Of a stretch of DNA of 4,037 nt, positions 1-3,903 are shown piece after piece; positions within the stretch are counted from its first letter, which is position 1; every line of letters begins with the position of its first letter. Source of the stretch: a virus (Duplodnaviria > Heunggongvirae > Uroviricota > Caudoviricetes); the IMG/VR virus record IMGVR_UViG_2671180567_000004, positions 1 through 4,037 of that record. One strand, written 5' to 3'. The notes under the pieces were generated by a model, which saw nothing but the letters and a program-made list of their open reading frames with translations, was not told the origin of the DNA and ran no database searches. The translations under genes and the position numbers were made by a program.

Positions 1-511
1 GTGAGGAGAAATAGGTGTTCTGCTTACCGTTATCCGTTGTCTGTGTACGGGGAGTTCTGGCTTTCGGTGCCAGCATCTGCGCCACACCACCCAGGATCAT
101 ACTGGCCCCTGCTGCATACATACCCGATACAGCCGCGGCCCCCAGCCAGCCCACAGGGTTCCACCATGCCACCGCAATCAGCGCCGCACCCAGCACTGCC
201 TGAAACACACCACCACTTTTGGCACCCACCAGGCGCGGCACGATGTGGATCACGGCACCATTTGCCAGCGGCTCATTAAGACGGGCAGATAATTCATTTT
301 CACCTGTATCACGCCCGGCAATGCGTACCTGATACCAGCCGTCGCTCAGCTTCTGACGAAACGCCGGGATCTGCATGGCCAGCGCCCGGATGGCTTCGGC
401 CCCCGTTTTTACACGAAGGTCGATGCGGCGGCCAAATCGTTGTAAATCCCCGTAAAGGCAGATGCGTGCCATGCCCGGTGACGCCAGAGGGAGTGTGTGC
501 GTCGCTGCCAT
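1..511 (-). CDS. I: tail assembly protein I (lambda gpI homolog), N-terminal ~170 codons; gene continues beyond the 5' edge of the window
   Basis: Not in the ORF track because no stop lies in the window. Hand translation of the reverse complement from ATG at 511..509 gives MAATHTLPLASPGMARICLYGDLQRFGRRIDLRVKTGAEAIRALAMQIPAFRQKLSDGWYQVRIAGRD...VIHIVPRLVGAKSGGVFQAVLGAALIAVAWWNP...ASMILGGVAQMLAPKARTPRTQTTDNGKQNTYFSS with no stop down to position 1. This matches my memory of lambda gpI, and the position after K fits lambda order. The start overlaps the 3' end of K by about 100 nt in another frame. Confidence 0.85.
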   Translation of the reverse strand, partial: MAATHTLPLASPGMARICLYGDLQRFGRRIDLRVKTGAEAIRALAMQIPAFRQKLSDGWYQVRIAGRDTGENELSARLNEPLANGAVIHIVPRLVGAKSGGVFQAVLGAALIAVAWWNPVGWLGAAAVSGMYAAGASMILGGVAQMLAPKARTPRTQTTDNGKQNTYFSS

Positions 512-1146
512 TTGTCGGTATACCTCTCTCGTTTGCTCAGTTGTTCAGGAATATGGTGCAGCAGCTCGCCGTCACCACAGTAAATGGCGGCATGATTCGG
601 CACCGATGAACCAAAACAGCACAGCAGCACATCGCCCGGTTGTGCTGATGACAACGGCACCTGATACAGCCCTGTGGCCTCCAGATTATCCAGATAGAGA
701 TTCTGACCGTGACGCCACCAGTCATCCCCGCGATGAAAATCCGGCATCTCAATCCCCGCCAGATGATAAGCATCCCGGAACAGCGTGTAACAGTCCGTCA
801 CCCCGTGCTCAAAGCGCCGCCCGGTGAGATGCGGCACACAGCGGAACTTATGAATCGCCCCCCGGCAGACCAGCCACCACGGCAAATCACTCTGCACCTG
901 CAGCCGCCGGTCGGCCTCACTCAGCCAGGGCAGACCACCGGGGTGGCTGTGGACCAGCGCCACAATCTCACCCTGCATTTCTGCCTGCAACCAGTCTTCC
1001 GGCAACATACGGAAATACGCCTCCGGCTCACCGGAGATATTCACGCAGGGGAAATATCTTTCCCCCTCCGGCGTGCTTACCACGAAGCCGCACGACTCCG
1101 CTGGCGCACATCGCCGGGCGTGCGCCAATATATTGCTATAGAGCAT
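409..1146 (-). CDS. K: tail tip assembly protein K (lambda gpK homolog); N-terminal MPN/JAMM-type domain plus C-terminal NlpC/P60-type domain
   Basis: ORF-track entry 409..1185 (258 aa) contains HSHPGGLPWLSEAD (JAMM-like H-x-H...S-x-x-D, His codon at 949..951) with an upstream glutamate, then a C-terminal Cys/His region (GVTDCYTLF, VPNHAAIY) typical of NlpC/P60 hydrolases. The protein matches my memory of lambda K. I place the start at the second in-frame ATG (1146..1144) because it is preceded by AGGAG (complement of 1152..1156) at 5-nt spacing, while the first ATG at 1185 has no Shine-Dalgarno and would put a terminator-like hairpin inside the coding sequence. Predicted 245 aa. Confidence 0.9.
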   Translation of the reverse strand: MLYSNILAHARRCAPAESCGFVVSTPEGERYFPCVNISGEPEAYFRMLPEDWLQAEMQGEIVALVHSHPGGLPWLSEADRRLQVQSDLPWWLVCRGAIHKFRCVPHLTGRRFEHGVTDCYTLFRDAYHLAGIEMPDFHRGDDWWRHGQNLYLDNLEATGLYQVPLSSAQPGDVLLCCFGSSVPNHAAIYCGDGELLHHIPEQLSKRERYTDKWQRRTHSLWRHRAWHASAFTGIYNDLAAASTFV

Positions 1147-1159
1147 GAGAACTCCTGAT

Positions 1160-1182
1160 AAAAAACCCAGCCGAAGCTGGGT
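1160..1182 (-). terminator. candidate intrinsic terminator on the minus strand between ant stop and K ribosome-binding site
   Basis: Minus-strand RNA would read ACCCAGC-UUCG-GCUGGGU (7-bp GC-rich stem, UUCG tetraloop) followed directly by UUUUUU, then the K Shine-Dalgarno AGGAG. Plus-strand coordinates: A-tract 1160..1165, stem arms 1165..1171 and 1176..1182. Confidence 0.55.
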
Positions 1183-1200
1183 CATTTCGTTGGCAATCTG

Positions 1201-2121
1201 TTAGTAGTGATGCAGTGAAGGAGGTAATTCTTTGTTCTTAAGTCTTACCCATGCAGAAAGATTCGTTGGTCCGTCTGGCTCATTAATATCAATATCTCGC
1301 GTGTGATTGATTAAAACGTCTCTCGCCATTCCGATAACATACGAGAACTCATGGCCGTAGTCGTAGCACCTGCCAGAATAGTTTGATTGAATTTGCTTTA
1401 GCGCCAGATACAGTTCGCGGAATAATGCCTGTGAGCGGTTGGCATAATCCCATAGCCATACAAGGCTGTTTGCTTCTTTTGCGGAAAGCTCGTTGGTGCT
1501 CTTCTCTTGTTTGCCGATTAACTCTCCTTCAAGCGGAACGCGAGCAGCAAGTGACAGAGCTTCGGTAAACTGCTCCTCGCTGATTTCTTTGTATGAACAC
1601 CCAAAATGAGATTTCAGTGACGACCACATGGTGATCATCGCCTTCGCCTGTTTTTCTTTTGGCAGAGACTGACCGCGACTCATGACGAGTTGTTTAATGG
1701 CTTCCTGCTGTTCAGTGGTGATTTTCCCCAGCAATGCCTTTTTAGCTTTGCGCGGGTTAATCACATGGCCTTTAGTCCAGTACTCGTAGAGCACATCGTC
1801 ACACTCTTCCTGATACTGGATTACCTTGTCGCGAATTTCAGGGCGGACTTTGTTAGGACTGATGGTTTGGAGCCAACCATTCAGTTTACGCAAAGCAAGG
1901 CAAATCATGGTCTGCATACCGCCAACTGAAGGTATTGCGATTTCCACAATACCTTTAGCAAATCTTTGTTTTAACTTTGTAAACTGTGAAGCCCAATCCA
2001 TACCCATTCCCTCAACGATAGGTTTCATTGGGGTGTACGGTTCGCCGTTGTGATTGACGACATAAAGCTCTGCGCCGTGGAATGGCACGTTGATAGTAGA
2101 TACCGCTGTTGCTATACTCAT
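1201..2121 (-). CDS. ant: phage antirepressor (Ant-like) protein, about 306 aa
   Basis: ORF-track entry 1201..2175 (324 aa from a GTG). I prefer the in-frame ATG at 2121..2119 because it is preceded by AAGGAA (complement of 2131..2136, 8-nt spacer) and the GTG at 2175 has no Shine-Dalgarno. The N-terminus MSIATAVSTINVPFHGAELYVVNHNGEPYTPMKPIVEGMGMDWASQFTKLK resembles phage antirepressor N-terminal domains (P22 Ant / Bro-N-like) from memory. Assignment is strengthened by the adjacent upstream Arc-like and divergent Mnt-like genes. Stop TAA at 1203..1201. Confidence 0.7.
   Translation of the reverse strand: MSIATAVSTINVPFHGAELYVVNHNGEPYTPMKPIVEGMGMDWASQFTKLKQRFAKGIVEIAIPSVGGMQTMICLALRKLNGWLQTISPNKVRPEIRDKVIQYQEECDDVLYEYWTKGHVINPRKAKKALLGKITTEQQEAIKQLVMSRGQSLPKEKQAKAMITMWSSLKSHFGCSYKEISEEQFTEALSLAARVPLEGELIGKQEKSTNELSAKEANSLVWLWDYANRSQALFRELYLALKQIQSNYSGRCYDYGHEFSYVIGMARDVLINHTRDIDINEPDGPTNLSAWVRLKNKELPPSLHHY
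2090..2118 (+). promoter_or_regulatory. candidate sigma70 promoter for an antisense (sar-like) RNA, inside the 5' end of ant
   Basis: Plus strand: -35 TTGATA (2090..2095), 17-bp spacer, extended -10 TGc TATACT (TG at 2110..2111, hexamer 2113..2118). Predicted start near 2125, reading antisense across the ant Shine-Dalgarno. Confidence 0.4.
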
Positions 2122-2124
2122 TTC

Positions 2125-2195
2125 GTTAGTTCCTTGGAAGTTACTGACATAGAAGCCCGATTTGTGTTCGCGCACTGTCGGGCTTCGCTATTTTT
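2125..2195 (+). ncRNA. candidate cis-antisense small RNA (sar-like, about 70 nt) complementary to the ant ribosome-binding site and arc-ant spacer
   Basis: Bounded by the candidate promoter at 2090..2118 and the plus-strand hairpin plus U-tract at 2152..2195. The transcript would contain UCCUUG, the complement of the ant Shine-Dalgarno. P22 immI is known to encode a short antisense RNA (sar) in the arc-ant spacer; this is an analogy, not a sequence match. Confidence 0.35.
2152..2195 (+). terminator. candidate unidirectional intrinsic terminator (plus strand) in the arc-ant spacer
   Basis: Inverted repeat GAAGCCCGA (2152..2160) / TCGGGCTTC (2178..2186) gives a 9-bp stem with a 17-nt loop that has an inner GTG/CAC pairing. 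On the plus strand it is followed by GCTATTTTTAT (T-run 2191..2195). On the minus strand no U-tract follows, so arc-to-ant read-through should not be stopped. Confidence 0.4.
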
Positions 2196-2361
2196 ATGTC
2201 CTAGCATTCTTCTCTCCAATCAGTCCGTACACTTTTCTCAATTGATAAATAAGTTCCGTGTTGAACTGTCGACACTCTTTTTCTCCATTTCTTTCAATCG
2301 CCTTCCTTACATCCTCTGGGAAACGAACCTTGCGTTGATACATGTCTTTTGCTTTTTCCAT
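2194..2361 (-). CDS. arc: Arc-like ribbon-helix-helix repressor, 55 aa (not in the ORF track)
   Basis: Hand translation of the minus strand from ATG 2361..2359 gives MEKAKDMYQRKVRFPEDVRKAIERNGEKECRQFNTELIYQLRKVYGLIGEKNART, stop TAA at 2196..2194. Strong Shine-Dalgarno AAGGAG with 5-nt spacer (complement of 2367..2372). The strand (KVRFPEDV), helix and N-cap (NTELIYQL) pattern closely resembles P22 Arc as I remember it (...NLRWPREV...NSEIYQRV...). It sits immediately upstream of ant on the same strand. Confidence 0.8.
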   Translation of the reverse strand: MEKAKDMYQRKVRFPEDVRKAIERNGEKECRQFNTELIYQLRKVYGLIGEKNART

Positions 2362-2399
2362 CTCCACTCCTTAAATAGCCTCACTATGGGGCAACCAAA

Positions 2400-2428
2400 A
2401 TTGTCACACCGTGCGTCATTGAAGTCAA
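2400..2428 (-). promoter_or_regulatory. candidate Pant-like sigma70 promoter driving arc-ant (minus strand)
   Basis: Minus strand reads TTGACT (complement of 2423..2428), 17-bp spacer, TGtGACAAT (extended -10; hexamer is complement of 2400..2405). Predicted start about 30 nt upstream of the arc ATG. The spacer contains CACCGTG (2407..2413). Confidence 0.45.
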
Positions 2429-2447
2429 CCCCACCGTGGGGCATAAT
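2419..2447 (+). promoter_or_regulatory. candidate Pmnt-like sigma70 promoter driving the Mnt-like gene (plus strand)
   Basis: Plus strand: -35 TTGAAG (2419..2424), 17-bp spacer, -10 CATAAT (2442..2447), about 37 bp before the ATG at 2485. Its -35 overlaps the -35 of the divergent minus-strand promoter back-to-back. The spacer contains the palindrome CCCCAC-C-GTGGGG (2429..2441). Confidence 0.5.
2429..2441. promoter_or_regulatory. candidate operator: 13-bp palindrome CCCCAC-C-GTGGGG
   Basis: Dyad symmetry (6-bp arms around a central C) between the two -35 elements and abutting the plus-strand -10. Its core CACCGTG recurs as a direct repeat at 2407..2413 inside the opposite promoter spacer. 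The size and symmetry suit a ribbon-helix-helix dimer or tetramer site. Confidence 0.45.
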
Positions 2448-2484
2448 TTACTTATTGTGAATTTTTCCTGTTTGGACTAATGGT

Positions 2485-2859
2485 ATGAGTAGAGAAGACC
2501 CTCAACTTCGGATTAGGCTTCCTGTTGAATTAAAAAAAATAATTGAAGCGTCATCAAAACAAAATAATCGTTCTATGAATGCTGAGATTGTCACTCTGCT
2601 TGAGTTGGCGATTCGTGTTTGTCGTGATTTTGGGCCGGAGGATGGTCCTATCGTTCAGCAGTTTAAAGAACAACTAGATGCGATAAACAGAAAATATGAT
2701 AAAAGCGAGCATGAAAAACTTATACCTCAACTTTTAGAAATCATAGAAAAACAGAAAAAACAAGTAGATAAACTTATTAGCATGGTTGAAAGATCAATTC
2801 CTCTTTCAGAGGAATATAAGCAGAAATATCTTGGTGATGACAACAAAAAACCCACCTGA
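2485..2859 (+). CDS. mnt: Mnt-like ribbon-helix-helix repressor with extended C-terminal helical region, 124 aa
   Basis: ORF-track entry 2485..2859. N-terminus MSREDPQLRIRLPVELKKIIEASSKQNNRSMNAEIVTLLELAI has the Arc/MetJ-type strand-helix-helix signature and resembles the P22 Mnt N-terminus as I remember it (RDDPHFNFRMP...NGRSMNSEL...). The C-terminal part (LIPQLLEIIEKQKKQVDKLISMVERS) is heptad-like and K/E-rich, consistent with an oligomerisation helix. It is divergent from arc-ant and convergent with L. Confidence 0.8.
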   Translation: MSREDPQLRIRLPVELKKIIEASSKQNNRSMNAEIVTLLELAIRVCRDFGPEDGPIVQQFKEQLDAINRKYDKSEHEKLIPQLLEIIEKQKKQVDKLISMVERSIPLSEEYKQKYLGDDNKKPT

Positions 2860-2866
2860 TGGTGGG
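2845..2866 (-). terminator. candidate intrinsic terminator on the minus strand just after the L stop codon
   Basis: Minus-strand RNA after the L stop (TAA, complement of 2876..2878) reads CCCACC-AUCA-GGUGGG followed directly by UUUUUU. Plus-strand coordinates: A-tract 2845..2850, stem arms 2851..2856 and 2861..2866. The hairpin overlaps the Mnt-like stop codon (TGA 2857..2859, in the loop). Confidence 0.5.
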
Positions 2867-2875
2867 CATAATCCA

Positions 2876-3574
2876 TTACTGCGAAAGTTTGTTAATGGAA
2901 AGGAAGCCGCCAAAGTTGCCGACGTTATTGCGAAACTTACAGCCACTCAGGCATTTGCTGCATTTATCCTTCGTGATATCGGACGTCGGCTGATCATATT
3001 CATCCGCGACTGCCGGACCGTGATAACCGCACTCATCACCGCGATAGGTCCAGGTGCAGGTGTTGGCCAGCATGATACGTCCCGGAAAAACAGCGCCGTC
3101 CGTTTCCGTCGGCGTGGACAGTACAAAAGAGGCACTCACCGCGCTCAGTTCGCTGCACTGCTCAATGCGCCAGCGGCTGATCACCTCCTGCTCCGGATCG
3201 GCGTCACTGTTTCCGTTGACGAAGTTCACCGCATCCAGAAAACGGGCGTAAACCTTACGCCGGACCACCGTTCCGCCGACCAGACTCTGCAGATCTTCCG
3301 CCATCCCGGTGACCATACCGTACAGGTTAGAAACCGTCAGCGTGGGGCGCGTACTGGTGCCTTTGCCATTCAGTTCAAAACCACTCCCCTGAATGGGATA
3401 CGGCTGATACTGTCGCCCCTGCCAGGTGACCGGCTCACCTTTTTCGTTCTGCTCATTACAGAAAAAATAACGTTCTCCACCGACCTCTGTCAGGTCGATT
3501 TCCCAGAGCACCACGCTGGCCGACTGCTCCGCACGGGTGCATTCATTCAGTGTTTCCTGCCGGATATCCTGCAT
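2876..3574 (-). CDS. L: minor tail protein L (lambda gpL homolog), 232 aa
   Basis: ORF-track protein MQDIRQETLNECTRAEQSASVVLWEIDLTEVGGERYFFCNEQNEKGEPVTWQGRQYQPYPIQ...CSKCLSGCKFRNNVGNFGGFLSINKLSQ matches lambda gpL almost along its whole length from memory. The start ATG overlaps the M stop (TGATG, 3576..3572). Four C-terminal cysteines are present. Confidence 0.95.
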   Translation of the reverse strand: MQDIRQETLNECTRAEQSASVVLWEIDLTEVGGERYFFCNEQNEKGEPVTWQGRQYQPYPIQGSGFELNGKGTSTRPTLTVSNLYGMVTGMAEDLQSLVGGTVVRRKVYARFLDAVNFVNGNSDADPEQEVISRWRIEQCSELSAVSASFVLSTPTETDGAVFPGRIMLANTCTWTYRGDECGYHGPAVADEYDQPTSDITKDKCSKCLSGCKFRNNVGNFGGFLSINKLSQ

Positions 3575-3903
3575 CAGTTCACCACCTGTTCAAACTCTGC
3601 GCTGAACTCAACACGCAGCATACTGACCCGCGACGACCATTTTGCGCAGGTCACCTTTATCTGCCGCCACTCATAAGGCGGCGTCCACAGAAAGGCTTTC
3701 CAGCCCCCGTGCTCTTCCAGAAACGACTCCAGTACCGTGGCCTCCTCACGGGGGACAGAAAGCGTCACGCTGTACGTTTTCAGGTTGGCATTCAGCCCGG
3801 CAGGCGCTCGCTGGGAATAGCCATCACCAAAGCGCACCTTTCTTACAGAAGGGGCCGAAGCCACATCCATACCGGGTTTCACTTTCCAGCGGAAGGTTTT
3901 CAT
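3574..3903 (-). CDS. M: minor tail protein M (lambda gpM homolog), 109 aa
   Basis: ORF-track protein MKTFRWKVKPGMDVASAPSVRKVRFGDGYSQRAPAGLNANLKTYSVTLSVPREEATVLESFLEEHGGWKAFLWTPPYEWRQIKVTCAKWSSRVSMLRVEFSAEFEQVVN is near-identical to lambda gpM from memory. The start overlaps the H stop (ATGA). Confidence 0.95.
   Translation of the reverse strand: MKTFRWKVKPGMDVASAPSVRKVRFGDGYSQRAPAGLNANLKTYSVTLSVPREEATVLESFLEEHGGWKAFLWTPPYEWRQIKVTCAKWSSRVSMLRVEFSAEFEQVVN

Larger units (their letters stand above)
1147..2875. other. inserted accessory cassette (moron) between tail genes L and K: immI-like mnt / arc / ant antirepressor module
   Basis: In lambda the order is H-M-L-K-I-J with K immediately after L. 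Here about 1.7 kb separates the L stop (2876) from the K start (1146). By eye, the insert is much AT-richer than the flanking tail genes (for example 2521..2580 is mostly A/T while 3001..3060 is about 60% GC). It holds three genes with their own promoters and terminator-like hairpins. Confidence 0.8.

Noticed and set aside
1-279. Plus-strand ORFs 1..279 and 15..203
   Set aside because: Antisense to the gpI reading frame, which translates cleanly on the minus strand into a recognisable tail assembly protein.
462-1158. Plus-strand ORFs 462..827 and 709..1158, and minus-strand ORF 537..773
   Set aside because: All lie inside the K and I coding region in other frames. K and I have clear homolog-like translations; these are Pro/Arg-rich or Cys-rich artefacts.
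1383-2053. Plus-strand ORFs 1383..1568, 1690..1929 and 1826..2053
   Set aside because: All sit inside the ant gene on the opposite strand, with no start signals and hydrophobic low-complexity translations.
2122-2175. GTG start at 2175 for ant (the ORF-track start)
   Set aside because: No Shine-Dalgarno upstream, and it would place the antisense-RNA terminator stem inside the coding sequence. The ATG at 2121 with AAGGAA is the better start, though the longer form cannot be excluded without protein data.
2050-2460. 136-aa plus-strand ORF spanning the ant 5' end, the arc-ant spacer and arc
   Set aside because: Low-complexity, Cys/Phe/Ser-rich translation with no ribosome-binding site. The same DNA encodes on the minus strand the Arc-like protein with a strong Shine-Dalgarno and RHH motifs.
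2362-2484. LexA (SOS) box controlling ant
   Set aside because: I looked for CTGT-N8-ACAG-like dyads in the promoter region and found none; the dyads present are GC-rich CCCCAC/GTGGGG type.
2194-2859. Type II toxin-antitoxin reading (RHH antitoxin plus toxin)
   Set aside because: The two RHH proteins resemble the Mnt and Arc repressors rather than ParD/CopG antitoxins. The large partner gene is downstream of Arc and divergent from the Mnt-like gene, not an overlapping co-operonic toxin, and its N-terminus looks like an antirepressor domain.
2860-2875. Second CATAAT hexamer (2867..2872) as a plus-strand promoter firing antisense into L
   Set aside because: No plausible -35 element at 16-18 bp spacing upstream (the region is an A-tract and hairpin arm). 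More likely part of the terminator and repeat.
2947-3251. Small ORFs 2947..3135 (minus) and 3054..3251 (plus)
   Set aside because: Embedded in L in alternative frames; no independent support.
2786-3676. 296-aa plus-strand ORF
   Set aside because: It is antisense to L, whose minus-strand product matches lambda gpL almost end to end. The plus-strand translation is R/H/T-rich with no recognisable motif, the usual shadow ORF in GC-rich coding DNA.
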